A stretch of DNA of 63,772 bases, counting the filler, from Reticulomyxa filosa (taxonomy: Eukaryota > Protista > Foraminifera), in NCBI GenBank assembly GCA_000512085.1. It is 20 parts of 20 records of this genome, joined end to end, with 100 filler letters (N's around TTAATTAATTAA, not from the genome) between each part and the next. Parts side by side here need not be neighbours in the genome. Positions count along the whole stretch, not along the records: positions 9,230 to 12,108 come from ASPP01025923.1; positions 12,209 to 15,293 come from ASPP01014436.1; positions 15,394 to 20,625 come from ASPP01028977.1; positions 20,726 to 22,671 come from ASPP01020812.1; positions 22,772 to 24,601 come from ASPP01019676.1; 15 more parts are not named here. The stretch is one strand, 5' to 3'. This document shows positions 11,256 through 23,820 of the stretch, in pieces (within the stretch, counting starts at the first letter, position 1; every line of letters begins with the position of its first letter). The notes beneath the pieces were generated by a model. The model worked only from the letters and a program-made list of their open reading frames with translations, made no database searches and was not told where the DNA came from. The translations under genes were made by a program, and so were the position numbers.

Positions 11256-12108
11256 ATGACAGATATTTTTAAGATAATAGATTCAGGTGATTGGGAAAAT
11301 ATTAGGCTTGCTGTCAAAAAATATGGAATAAAAAATGTAATTAAATATTTTACTTTTCCTGAGAGGTCACATGATTTACTTAAGTTGATTCAAGAATATG
11401 AATTTGATGTTGAAGATGAAGTAATACATGGCAATACAATATTGCATTTGTTAATAGAACATTCCACCAAGTTTAATTATATTACTGTTTTACCTAGTAC
11501 TAAAGAAGAACATTTTAAAGTTATTGAAGAAATCATAAAACGCACTCCGAACATAAACAAACAAAATAATAATGGGGCAACTTGCCTACATATTGCGAAT
11601 ATCGTTCAAGATAGGGATGTTGTAGAATTGCTTGAAAGAAATGGCGCTAGGGGTGATATTAAAGATATTTTAGGTAATATTGCTTATGACCCTTGGCCTC
11701 AATTGCAGTGGCAAAGATCAGGGGAAGAGTTTCAAAAAAATATTGAAAATACTAAAATGCAGAAGAAGAAAGTTACAACAAATGCAACTAAGCCTTACTT
11801 AGAAATATCTCCATTATTTAAGAACGGGTTAATATCTCTTATTAAAGCAAAAAAATTAATCAAAGAAGCAGAAACAAATTACGGCTTAAATCTAGATAAT
11901 TTTTATGATAAGGGCGCAAATAAAAATTTTAATGCAGAGAAAAAATTATTATTTGATGAAGTAAAACCACTTTTCTGGCTAGCTAAGTATTTATCCAAAA
12001 TTGGCATTAAGGTTAAGAAAATAGATTTTTGTTCTCAAGATCAAAAATTAGGTCATGATGGAAGACTACAATTAAGTGATAATACTATAATTACGATCCA
12101 GCTAACCA
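11256..12108 (+). CDS. Ankyrin-repeat protein (bacterial, effector-like), 3' partial
   Basis: HGNTILHLL and NINKQNNNGATCLHIA..VVELLERNGA..IKDILGNIA ankyrin motifs; intronless. Confidence 0.85.
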
Positions 12109-12208
12109 NNNNNNNNNNNNNNNNNNNNNNNNNNNNNNNNNNNNNNNNNNNNTTAATTAATTAANNNNNNNNNNNNNNNNNNNNNNNNNNNNNNNNNNNN
12201 NNNNNNNN

Positions 12209-12656
12209 ATATGTTTTAGGCGTTCAGTTTTCTTTGCAACCTACTGTATGATCCAGAACAAATGAGCTGACAATCATTAAATGTTGAATAATCAATACTA
12301 TACACAGTCGTTATATGTCCAGTGAATGTATTGATTAATTTGGATGATGAGCGAAATGTCTCAAATATGAAGATAGTCGATATCTATGTTAAATAAACAT
12401 TTGAATATTTTGGTTATTATTTAAAAAAAGAAAAAATATATGAACTAACATAATTGACAACAAGTTTGTCAAACTCATGAACCCATCCTAATTTAATTTT
12501 CAATATTCGAACCCAATGTTGTATGATTACTTCTTCAGACTGTTTGAATCACAAATTAAATACAATTAACAAAACAATAAAAAACAACAAACTTTCTGAA
12601 AGCTCGTAATAAAGCTTACCAACAGTAGTTGTGTTCTCATTACTAAGAGTTGTCAT
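12209..12656 (-). CDS. 5' fragment of a WD40-family gene (paralog of 8416-9129), spliced, possibly degenerate
   Basis: EEVIIQHWVRILKIKLGWVHEFDKLVVNY; SSSKLINTFTGH..ICSGS. Confidence 0.75.
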
Positions 12657-13019
12657 TTTTTTTTTTTTTGCTTAAGATTGTTTTTGATGTAAAATGGAAG
12701 ATATTGAACTTTTTTTTCCTCAAGGGTAAGAAAAAAGAAAAAAAATTGGACGCAATTGAATAAAAGAACTCATCAGTTACGTTTCTTTGAAACATAAATA
12801 TAATTTTGATAATACAATTAGTTGAATTAGAACACTTTAATTTGATTGAAGAAGTTTTCTAATGAGAAACTGGAATTATTTAAATAAAAATATTATATCC
12901 AGTTTTTCATTAAAATTATTCTCAAATCGTGTCAAAAATAAATAAATGAGATATAAAAAAAAACAAGGAATATTTGATAAAAAAATCCTATTTCTTTTTA
13001 AGAACAGAAAATTGAAAAT

Positions 13020-13310
13020 TATCTTCAAAAAAACCTTTATGTGAGGTTTTTCGTAGAATATTCTTTTAGGAAAAAAAAACATAGTTGGTAAATGCACTCT
13101 TTGGAAAAATTTTTAAAAATTTCTATTTATTAAGTCTGCAATATACCTAGCTTCTTTTACACGTTTTGACTTGACAAAGAAAAGTAAGAAACAGCAGGGC
13201 ATTTTCTTTACTGAATTACATTTTAAAGGAAACGCGCTCCTGAGAGGCTGGGAATTATGAAAATTTTTGTTCCTCCTTTTGTATTTTTGGAAATGAGTTT
13301 TAAACTATTG
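13020..13310 (+). repeat. Dispersed non-coding repeat; second copy at ~42320-42720
   Basis: Shared blocks ttcttttacacgtttt(g/a)act and ctttactgaatta(c/t)attttaaa in the same order. Confidence 0.7.
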
Positions 13311-14522
13311 ATGAGAATTGTTTGAAATGAATTTTCAAAAAAAATAATAATTGTACGTTCTTGTGCATTCAAATTGCACGATTTCTATAATTTTGAGTAA
13401 ACTAGAAATTAAAATAAAAAAATTCTTGTTAACTTCAAAAAAAGTTGTTTGCAAGAATTTTTTTTAGGGAGAAACAAAACCTTGTTTGCTAGTAAAGAAG
13501 CAAAAATAATAAGAAATTAGAACAAATCTTTCATTTTCTTTCATATCTCTTTGTATAGTTTCAGAGATTTGTTAATTGTTTGCAATGGCAAAAAGAATAA
13601 TTTTTCCTATAGAAAAAAAAAATATTCATGTGTATAAATAATGGATTTTAATATTTTAAAAAATAAAATAATTGTTTCTCATTACAAAGTTTATATTCAT
13701 TAAATAAAAGAAATTCATTTCATTTTTTATTTTATGATAGAATGAAAAGAAAAAAAGTAAATCAGTATTTTTATTTACATTCTTAATCACCGTGTTGATT
13801 CTTCACTTTCAAATTGACCGCGATGATAAAAATTGTATTAAACAAGCTGTTGAGACAGAAATTATACAGTTGTAGAGAGATGCAAGAAAGAGAGCTCATC
13901 TAACGAAAACGTACAAGAAATTTGAGGATAAAAAAGAATGTTTTATTTTATGAGTTGAGTTATTACAACTCTGGAGTCAGTTATGACTCATGTATCACTA
14001 CACAGCTGTGATGTTTTATTTCAAATTCAAATATTATCCTTCTCGATGGGTCTTCAATAATTTACAATTTAAGAAACATGAGACAAAGAATTGATGACCT
14101 GACAATGAAACACATCAGTGTTAAAATAAAATCGAATCTATTTTTTATCAATTTCTTTGAAATCTTTAATAAGTTTTGGAAATTTTGGACTTATAAAATC
14201 GATAAAAATGTACTCGTTCTGTTGAATTTTATATAATTCAATAGATAATTTTCAATTTTGGCGTCAATTCTCCAAATGCAATATATTGTATAGCATTACC
14301 CATTGCAAATTGTATTTCTTCATAAATATACGTTTACTTAAATATCATTCCATGTACATATATAAAGAATAAGATTATAATCATGATTGATTTCTTTATC
14401 CATGCACATCACCGAGAGTCGCCCTCCGTTTGTTTTTATAATAATAATAATAAAAAAGGGGGGTGCGACTAGGCATATTGTGTTGTGTTATTGTACGAAG
14501 TAACTCCCTAGCTAATTTCTAG

Positions 14523-15293
14523 ATGGGCAATACACCAAGCGATCATGAAAGGAAGTATAAAGATTATTTTGTGTCTGGAGACCGAATAGGTTCGGGTACG
14601 TTTGCAACGGTGAAGCGCAGTACAAGAAAAGCAGATAAAAAGGAATTTGCAGTGAAGATAATAGATAAAAGACATTTAACAGGAAGAGAATTAGTAGGAT
14701 TAAAAGATGAGATAAATATATTGAAATCAATGGATCATCCATATGTAATAAAGATGGCAGATGTATTTGACGATGGTCGTAGAGTGAAGATGATATTAGA
14801 ATTATGTGAAGGAGGCGATTTATTTGATCAAATATTAAAATCGCCAAATCGAAGATTTGAAGAGAAAAAAGCAGCACGTATAACAGCGATAATAGGAAAA
14901 TGTTTACAATATTTGCATGAGCATTTTGTAGTGCATAGAGATTTAAAACCAGAAAATATATTATTTACAAAAAGTGGGACACTTAAAGTAACCGACTTTG
15001 GATTAGCACATTTTTTAAAATTACCGCCAGATTTTCATGTTATGCATACATGTTGTGGTACACCACATTATGTAGCACCAGAAGTGTTAGGCAATAACGA
15101 ATATGGTGTGCAAATTGATTTTTGGTCTTTAGGCGTTATTTTATATATTATGTTATCTGGCTATCAACCTTTCAATTCACATTCTATTCATGCTATGTAT
15201 GGTATGATCATAAGAGGACAATATCGCTTTCCTTCTCCTCATTGGGATCATGTCTCTGAACAAGCTAAAGATTGTGTTCGAAATTTAATGTGT
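14523..15293 (+). CDS. CAMK-group Ser/Thr protein kinase, 3' partial, intronless in this portion
   Basis: IGSGTFATV, FAVKII, HRDLKPEN, DFG, CGTPHYVAPE, DFWSLGVILYIMLSGYQPF; N-terminal MGN may be a myristoylation site. Confidence 0.96.
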
Positions 15294-15393
15294 NNNNNNN
15301 NNNNNNNNNNNNNNNNNNNNNNNNNNNNNNNNNNNNNTTAATTAATTAANNNNNNNNNNNNNNNNNNNNNNNNNNNNNNNNNNNNNNNNNNNN

Positions 15394-15972
15394 ATATATA
15401 TTAGCTATCTTTATAACCATCTCCAAAAATGTGTTGAAACTACTGCTCGAGATAGTATTCGTCTCATTGAAAATTTACATCACTTTGATGTAAAACGTGC
15501 TGATCGCACTACATCTGCTCATGGACTTGAAGCCCGTGTCCCTTTTTTGGATAAAACTTTTGTTCGGCAATATTTACGTATTCATCCTTCTTTACGTACT
15601 CCTCATTATAAGGGAATTGAAAAATATCTTGTTCGAAAGGCTTTTCAGGGTTTCTTACCTGATTCAGTTTTATGGAGAACCAAAGAGGCTTTTAGTGATG
15701 GCATTTCGAGTACTTCCAAACCTTGGCATTTATTGCTTCAACAACATATTGATACTATCATTGATGACTCTACTTTTTCTCGACTTCGCTCCACTTACTC
15801 CAATCCTCCCATTAGTAAAGAAGCTCTTTATTATCGTCAAATCTATGATCGCTTCTTTGCGCCTCATGATCTTACTCCTTATTATTGGCTTCCCCAATGG
15901 TCGGCCAGCACTGATCCTTCTGCTCGGACTTTGTCGCATTATCATCAACTCGTCAAAGACTCCACTTCCTAA
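15394..15972 (+). CDS. ASNS: Asparagine synthetase (glutamine-hydrolysing), C-terminal part
   Basis: HFDVKRADRTTSAHGLEARVPFLD, IEKYLVRKAF..LPDSVLWRTKEAFSDGIS, KEALYYR, DPSARTL. Confidence 0.93.
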   Translation: MYISYLYNHLQKCVETTARDSIRLIENLHHFDVKRADRTTSAHGLEARVPFLDKTFVRQYLRIHPSLRTPHYKGIEKYLVRKAFQGFLPDSVLWRTKEAFSDGISSTSKPWHLLLQQHIDTIIDDSTFSRLRSTYSNPPISKEALYYRQIYDRFFAPHDLTPYYWLPQWSASTDPSARTLSHYHQLVKDSTS

Positions 15973-16508
15973 ACTCTTTTTTTTTTTTTATCTTTTCCTC
16001 TTTTTATATTTTTTTTGCATTCTTGCATTACATCACATTTCAATTCATTATAGTTCATCACTTAGTACAATTGACCATATCTCATTTCATTCCATTTATT
16101 ATATTTCCACTCTTTTTTTTTCACTCCAATTTTGCACTTTCGTAAAAAAACTGCCCACATTAAGAAATTGTTTGTTTATACCAAATCAGAAAGAAAAAGA
16201 AAAAGAGTGAACAATTTTGTTCCATCTTATTGAAGAAAAGTTACTATTTAACAATTTAGAGACCACCGTCGTGCAATAGTAAACCAAGTGAAATTGACAG
16301 TAAAAAGTGACTCGATCCAAGTCACAGCTTTGATAATGGACTCTATTTATTTAAACTTGTCATGTTTTGTTATAATTTAGGTATTACACGATTTTAAGCA
16401 AACTTAAATGAAATTTACAGCACATTTCTGAAGATGATCACGTTGAATGAGCCCCTCAAAGGGGTATTGTTTAGTGTAGCTAAAAAATAAAAATAAAGAT
16501 TAAAAACA

Positions 16509-17072
16509 ATGGATAACGAACTGTTGTTGAATGGAAAAAGATTGCATGATGATAATTCCGACGAAAATGAAGACATTGTGCCTTCAATGGTATTGAGCGT
16601 AGGCAGTCAACTAAAAGCGCCAACAAATAATATAAATTCTTTCAGCGAAGGAGGATTTCTAACAGATAGTATCCGAGAGAACATGAATGAAATTGATCTA
16701 AAAAGAGAGATTTTGGCTGGTTTTGAAAAGCATCATGAAGTGTTTATCAAAGGTGCGACAATGAAACCCTCAATAACAAATCCAAATGATATAGATGAAA
16801 ACGATACAATGGACGAAAGTGACATCCAATCAAGTATCAAATTTAATCTTTTGACCAATTCATTAATGTCTGCTAAATCAGAGAAATCCTCAGTCACCCC
16901 AAGTGTATTTTTACAACCTGCAAAAACTGATAATCAGCTCACTTCGCCCAGACCAAGCATTTCGCGGAGTTCAAGAAATCGTAATAAAATGATGTGTTTG
17001 TGTGTGGTAGTGTTTGCAATTGCTGTAATTATAATTATTCTCTTGACTCTCAACGATCACAAAGATATGTAA
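16509..17072 (+). CDS. Hypothetical tail-anchored membrane protein
   Basis: 187-aa ORF with a hydrophilic body and a basic patch before one C-terminal hydrophobic helix (MMCLCVVVFAIAVIIIILLTL). Confidence 0.65.
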   Translation: MDNELLLNGKRLHDDNSDENEDIVPSMVLSVGSQLKAPTNNINSFSEGGFLTDSIRENMNEIDLKREILAGFEKHHEVFIKGATMKPSITNPNDIDENDTMDESDIQSSIKFNLLTNSLMSAKSEKSSVTPSVFLQPAKTDNQLTSPRPSISRSSRNRNKMMCLCVVVFAIAVIIIILLTLNDHKDM

Positions 17073-17758
17073 TCATCCCAGGGTTGCATTGTTCATTAAG
17101 CCTCTGCCAAAAAGTGACATTATTAAGTGTTCTTCATTCGCCACTTTTTTGTACAATCAATCTAATTCAATCGAAACTTTATTCGTGAGTAGTTTTTTAC
17201 TCAATTTTATTTTTACTTGTTCTTCTTTTTTTTTGTCAGTTGACCTTCGACAGCAGACCAAATTTATACATAGTCATTTATATTTATTAAAAAAAAAAAC
17301 TCTTCACATTTTTTTCCCGCAAAGGGCGTGCAAAAAAAAAATGGAAAACAATTCCTCGAATTTCCCCAAATGGCCGATAAGTTAAATAAAAAGCTTTTAT
17401 CGGATTGTGTGCCGTTGATTTTAGTATTATTCTTGACTGTCTAAGAAGTGGCTTCAAATGATTACATTAAATTATTAAATTGGTGGACTGTAGCTCGATA
17501 TCTGGAGAATATATAGTTTTGTAATTTTGCTTTGTCTGTGTAGCAGAATTGTCATGAAAACTTTTAAAAAGCAGAATAATGTTTGAAAAAATATATAAAA
17601 TAATACAACAGCATTTACCAAAAAAAAATAACACACTTGAGAGAAGAAATATATATGGCCTGATAGTCTTGCAACATTAATTTTTGTTGTTTTGGTCGTA
17701 GTTTAAAGAAACGTCTTTGCTTAAAAAAAAAATCCTCTTTGGATTGTGATTAAAAAGC

Positions 17759-18863
17759 ATGCCAGCAACGCATAAACCAGTGGTGAGTAAGGATACTCCT
17801 GCTCCAATAATGGATCCTCAAAATGAGGGAAAGACAGGGTATGGTCCATTGAAGGACGAACCATTAACTACTATGTATGGTTTTGACGTGAAAGAAGCTA
17901 ATACTTTCACCGAAAGCACACCACAATTAGCAAGAAATTCTTGGTACAATTATCAATTAAAAGGCTGTCTTCCGCCCCCAATTAGTAATTCGCAACAAAA
18001 CCTGCGAATGTGGCAAGACTTGGAAATTGAGCGATTGCTTGATCATACCCCTACTCACGAAGTACACCCTCAGTTTAGCTTTCCTTTTTTTTTCGGAACA
18101 TAAAAACCTTGGAGAAAGAAATAAAAAAAAAGAATAAGAAACATATGAACCAAAGTCAAAAAAATAAGTAATAAATAAATAAAATGAAATATAATATGGC
18201 AGAAAATTGCCAGATTATCACTTTTGGCCAATGATCCAAAACGAAAATTCGCCGAAACCAAAAGTAATCACCCCAGTAATGGCAGAATACCATGGTGATC
18301 AATCTCATTTGCCACGATTTTCAAAATTGGGCATACCAAAAACGCCTCCACAAGAACAGGACTTTTATCTGCCATTGAAACCAAATGGCAGATTTGATTG
18401 GAGACGAAACATCGCAGCGAATGGTTACACTGCATCCCTGTTCAGTCGTTTAGGCTGGGAAAAACGATATTTAGTTAATGTTGGTGCCAGTGAACAACCT
18501 CCATTACTTTCAGGGTTCAAAATCATGAGCAACTTCCCTATCCATTTTAGACAAGCTGAATTGCCATGGACACAACGAATTACACGTGCTTTCAGTGCGT
18601 CTCATTTGGACAGAACTTTTATCTTCATCACTTTATATTGTGCCTTGTTGTTATCGGCAAGTGCTAGTGGCGCTCATTGTTATGTTCTTTTCTCTTCTTC
18701 TTTTTCCTCTTTTTTTCTGTTAATGTATGCCACTAAAGTGTGCTGTGCCTTGTCACTCGATATCACAGACCGAAATCTCAACTGGAACAACGAGTCTTGG
18801 AACTACGATATAAAATTCATGCACTATCAAAGAAACAAAGGTGGATTTCATGGTGTGGTTTAA
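17759..18863 (+). CDS. Hypothetical spliced protein with a C-terminal hydrophobic helix (introns roughly 18062-18200 and 18680-18768)
   Basis: Consecutive coding-like ORFs separated by GT..AG low-complexity segments; no family recognised. Confidence 0.6.
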
Positions 18864-19447
18864 TTGCAATATAGGGAAAAAGAAAATTGGATGGTTTTTT
18901 TTTTAAGTAACTCAACTCAAAAAATAGTTGGTTTTTTGTTCCATCAGTTTGATTTGTTTCTTCCCTATTTTTGCTACTTCAGTCAGAAAATGACTGGCAA
19001 ATGAACTTTTTGAATTTAAAATCAATGATTCGTCATCATTTTTTAAAATTCTTCACAAATCATCAATAAAAGTAACAAAACATATCACAGAGTATTTGAA
19101 CTGATGAACACACCAAAAAAAACCTTGGAAAAAATACAAAATTAACATAAAAATAAAAACCAATTTAACAAGAGTTTTCCATTGCTGAAAAACTAAGAAA
19201 AGTAATGTTCTTTTAAGATGACTTTTAGTGAGTCAAATTGATATGGCAGAAAACGTTAGCATAAAAGTAATTTAAAAAAAAAGCTACACACATTATCTAC
19301 CAACAATTTGTGTTAGAAATTCACAAAATTAAAAGGACAAAACTAATAAAAATGACAAAAGCAGTGGTGAGTGGAGAAAAAAAAAAAAATTTGAAACGGT
19401 TACAAAGAAGAACCAGTTTAAAAATACTCCCCCAATTTTGGCTAGCC

Positions 19448-20581
19448 TCATATTTCTTGGCCATGAGAAAGTGGCACAGACCTCTGATTTGGTGGAATTA
19501 TTTCGCTGTTGGTTTGTTGCGAGTTTTCGCGAAGAGTTTCTGCAAGTGCATCGTCCATAATTTCATCTTCATTTTTGTTATATCGTGTCAAGACATCTCT
19601 GTAATGATCAATGGATAGACGTTTGGGTTGTGGTTTTGGAAGAAAAGGATCTGGTCCTGACCTGGAAAAAGGTGCATATAAGCCGTCATGTTCTTCGCCT
19701 TCTTCCTCGTCATTTTCGCCAATGCGATCGTCATTATTGTTCGGATGAATTTTTTTTTTGACGTCATTTTGACAAGCAACGCCTTCGAGAGAAGCGATTC
19801 TCTTGTTCAAGCGAGAGCGTAATTTGTGGCGTTCACCAAGTTTGTTTTGAAGAATGTTATGATGGCGATTGAGCGCAGTGGTAGCAGACTGTGGTTTGAT
19901 GGGGAACTGCGCGTGCATTTCTTCGTCCTCACTGTCGCTATTTACCAAATGGACAGATTTGGCAGTCCGGTCAGCTCCTTTGACAGGACTTTCCAGCGCA
20001 TTCATTTTTGGAAGGAAAGCGCTGCCAGCGCTCAAAGGTTTTGCTTCCCACAAAGGCGAAAATGAAGATAAGGATTGTGAAGGTTGGGAAAATGAAGAGT
20101 TTTTAAGAAAGCATGCGTTCTATTTTTTATTTTTTTTGTTTTTATTTTTTTTTATTTCTTTAAAAAAATTTTAAAAAATTCCTTCTCCCTCTTTGCTCTT
20201 TTGTAATTTTTTAATAATTCAAAACAAAAAAAAAATTGAGTGACAGAGTTAATGATTTGACTGGAGTGAGTTTATGGTGGATCCTTTGGACAGTTGATGA
20301 AAAGTAACCTGGTAAGTCGTTGTTGTGGATGATAAAATGTCTTTTCGTAACTGCTGTAATCGACCAGTGATGGTGTCAATCTTCGACTGGCATTGCAAAG
20401 ACTCATGCGTCAGCTCTTGGCAGCCGGCTCCGCCGTGCGCCGCCCCATTGCTTTGCTGCGACATCACCACGATTTTGATATCTTGCACGCGCTTCGAAAG
20501 CAGCCACGAATTCAAGTCCGCGTGGACTTCGATCAATCGCTCATTTTTGGACAGTGATTCTGTAAGTACGCCTACGCTCTA
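19448..20581 (-). CDS. Hypothetical protein, 3' exons, 5' partial
   Basis: ORFs 20249-20536 and 19448-20053 with coding-like composition separated by an A-rich intron-like block. Confidence 0.55.
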
Positions 20582-20725
20582 GTTCAAAATACACATTGTG
20601 AGGGAACACACACACACACACACACNNNNNNNNNNNNNNNNNNNNNNNNNNNNNNNNNNNNNNNNNNNNTTAATTAATTAANNNNNNNNNNNNNNNNNNN
20701 NNNNNNNNNNNNNNNNNNNNNNNNN

Positions 20726-22640
20726 TGTTGTTGTTGTTGTTGTTGCAGTGATAACTTTGCTTCTTCCTTGTTCAACTCATTGGTTGCATCGGGTTCGCTC
20801 ATGTCAGCCGACATAAGCGTCTCGTGTCGCTTTGGAGACATCACGTGCTCGTTGATGGCACTGGACAGAGGCGATTGTGTGTGGAGCGTGATTTCCGTCA
20901 TCGAGCCGAGCGTTTTGAAGTGATCACGACTTTGCAGATAGCGATTTAAAGAGTGCGATTGAGGTAGTTTGGAAATTGGCGGATGAGTCACTATTATCAA
21001 TGGCTGTTCGTCCAGCTCTTCCGTTTCTATCTCTGTCTTTGTTGCGTCCATTTTATTTTCGTCGTTTTGTTGCTCTTGTTCGGGACCAAGGTCACTCTGA
21101 CTTTGATCTGGATTGGCGTTGCCATCAGAGACCGATGGATTCGCGTCCTTTTCACCAATCACGTCGCTCAAATCAGTTGAAATGTTTTGTAGACTGGAAT
21201 TGTCCCACGATATCGATGACAATATCGAGTCTGTTCCTGTGTTTTATTTCATTGATAAGTTATTTTACTATTGTTGTTATTTTCTCCTTCCCTTCTCTTT
21301 CCTCCCCTCAAAAAAAAAAACTTGAACTGGAGGAAGTCATGGACTCGTGAATCGGGGTCAACGGCGATTGCCAAGCTGAGCGAGAGGAGGAGGAGGAGGA
21401 GGAGGAGGCATCAACACGGCCTGCGAGCGTGCCCATTGTTTGGTGTTGGTCTGAGACTCGACCTCTTTGCGCTCGACAACGAGTTGTGTTCTCACGTCTT
21501 CGTAATGAGCCATCGCTTCGTCGATCCTTTGCTTCTTGTCTTTGTCCTGCTGTTTCAAACTGACGCCATTGACGCTGAGTCTGATTTTCTTGTGATCGTA
21601 GTCTTGAGTAGGTGCCAGAGAAGTGCGGGAGACCAATGTCCCCGACTCGACAACATCAGCGGCGCTCTCGCACGCGACCAGGCCGTCTGTCAAAGGACGA
21701 GAGGCCTTGCCGGACGCGGGTTTGGTCCCGTGCACGGGGACATCTCCGATAATAATGATACTTCCAGTCTGTTCGTGACATGGGGACATGTCTTTATCGG
21801 CGAGGTCAGAAGCATGAAGATCGCTTGTATCCACTGGCGATGGTGCATTATGCACGCGTCCTGCGGTCGACCCTGGGAAGTGCGTATTGCTAGTGCGATG
21901 AACCAGGTATTGCGTCGGACCCATTGCCGACGCCGACGCCGACGCCGACGCCAATGCCAACGATGACGTTTTGCTGGTGTGATTTTGGCTCGTATGACGA
22001 CTGTGATGCGGATCGTCAGCGTCCCAGTATTTATCTGTCACGATAAAGTCACTCGACAGATCGCTGGGCGTAAAGTTACGCATATGACAGTCTGGAGATT
22101 TGGCCGTCAGTCCGTGTTCGCTCGAAATCGACGGAAATTTCCTTTGCTCCGACGCGACGAGCAAGCTTGGCTGATGTCGCGCGCGTTTCGTTTCTGTGTG
22201 ATCTGCACTTTCTAACTCACGCGTCCGCTCATTGCTCATTGTACTGCACGCACTATCGCTACTTGCTCTGTCTTTCAATGTCGGCGGCGACGGTACCATC
22301 GGTCGGTCGCCAGAGTTGCTTTTGCTCACGCCTTCTTCCATTGCACTGGGCTCTCTCTTCGCTTGATCGAAATGACGGGTCTTCAATTGCTGTGGACCTT
22401 TTCGGTTCATTTCGTGACCATTCATGCTGCTGTTGTTGCTATGGCTGCTGCTCCCGTTGCTGCTGTTCCGCTTGCCACTCAGGGCCAATGCACTATTGTC
22501 CGGCTTCTTGCTATCGTTCTCGTTCGCGACATAACTCATGTGGCTTTGGCTACCACGGTCGTGTTCCGTCTGGCTTACGTCGTACTCCAAGTCTTCCGCC
22601 TCGCTGTTACGACGCAATGCTGGCCGCTTTTTTTTTTTTC
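20726..22640 (-). CDS. Internal exons of a large low-complexity Ser/Pro/Gln-rich protein
   Basis: 419-aa and 182-aa ORFs with poly-Pro, (SA)n and poly-Gln tracts. Confidence 0.6.
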
Positions 22641-22859
22641 CAATCGAAATTTCAAAAAAAAAAAAAAAAAANNNNNNNNNNNNNNNNNNNNNNNNNNNNN
22701 NNNNNNNNNNNNNNNTTAATTAATTAANNNNNNNNNNNNNNNNNNNNNNNNNNNNNNNNNNNNNNNNNNNNGACATACCAGTGGCCATATTTCAAACAAA
22801 AGGTAAACACTTTTTTCAATTATCTTTTGTCTATTTCTTTGTTGTTCAACGTATAAATA

Positions 22860-23820
22860 ATAATTTATGTGCGTTTGTTCAAAATAGGCTGGCTGTGATG
22901 AAAAAAAAAAAACAATCGAAAAATCCAACCTGTCTCCGAAAGGAGAAAAAAATGTTTGTTTTTTTTTTGTTTTTTTTAAACATATATTCATTTTATGTGT
23001 GTTTTGATATAGGAATTACTGTCCAAACATTGTATTTGTATTCAATTCTATGTACACACAAATTTGGGGTTGAACTCTACCCTGCCTCACAAATTAGGAA
23101 TAAAGGTTTGTTTATGTTTGTATAAATATATTTTTCTTTTGTTATAAAATGTTGTTTTGTGTGGCAAAATAGGAATTCCCCCGCACAACAATATTTTTAT
23201 TTGTTTATTTATATTTTTATTTGCACAAAAAGTTTGTGAGTGTCTTTTTATAGGAAAATTGGAGCTCGAGATCCTGTTAACATGTTATGTTTGTTTTTTG
23301 TTCAATCTTTAAAAAATTATAAAATAATTTTGTATGTGTTTGTACAGGCAAATCAGTCCAAAAAAGTGTATGTTATTCTTTAAAATAGTTTTATTTGAAA
23401 AAATTGAATGTTAAGGGGGAAGTGAAAAAATTGAATGAAAAGGGGGAAGTGAAAAAAAAGATTATAATAAAAAAAAAGTGATAATAATGAAGAAAAAAAA
23501 TTGACAAGAAAAAAAAAGGTAACAAGAAAAAAAAAAGGTAACAAGAAAAAAAAAAGGTGACAAGAAAAAGAAAAATAAAGAAAAAAAAGTGACAATTATA
23601 TTATTGGTAGAAAAAAATAATTAGAAAAAAAAAGAATAAGAAAAGAAAATGAGAAATAAAAAATAAAAAATAAAAAAAACGTGACAATTGTTATATATTT
23701 TGTGAGAAAAAGAAAATAAGAAAGAAAAAAATAAATATTTTTTAAATATTTTATTGGAAGTTAAAGTTAAGTAAATAATTTTTTTAATATGTGTTCTTAA
23801 AAAAACAAATATAAACATAA
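22860..23820 (+). repeat. Copy 1 (most diverged) of a hairpin-containing dispersed element plus A-rich tract
   Basis: Colinear blocks tctccgaaaggaga, gtccaaa, tttggggttgaa, aataggaattccccc and aattggagct match copies at 35810-36725 (-) and 61440-62250 (+). Confidence 0.7.

Noticed and set aside
9230-12108. Horizontal transfer into the host genome
   Set aside because: The contig is bounded by artificial spacers and contains no host-like sequence, so integration is unsupported
21271-22727. Long plus-strand ORFs as overlapping genes
   Set aside because: They are antisense shadows of the GC-richer minus-strand coding exons
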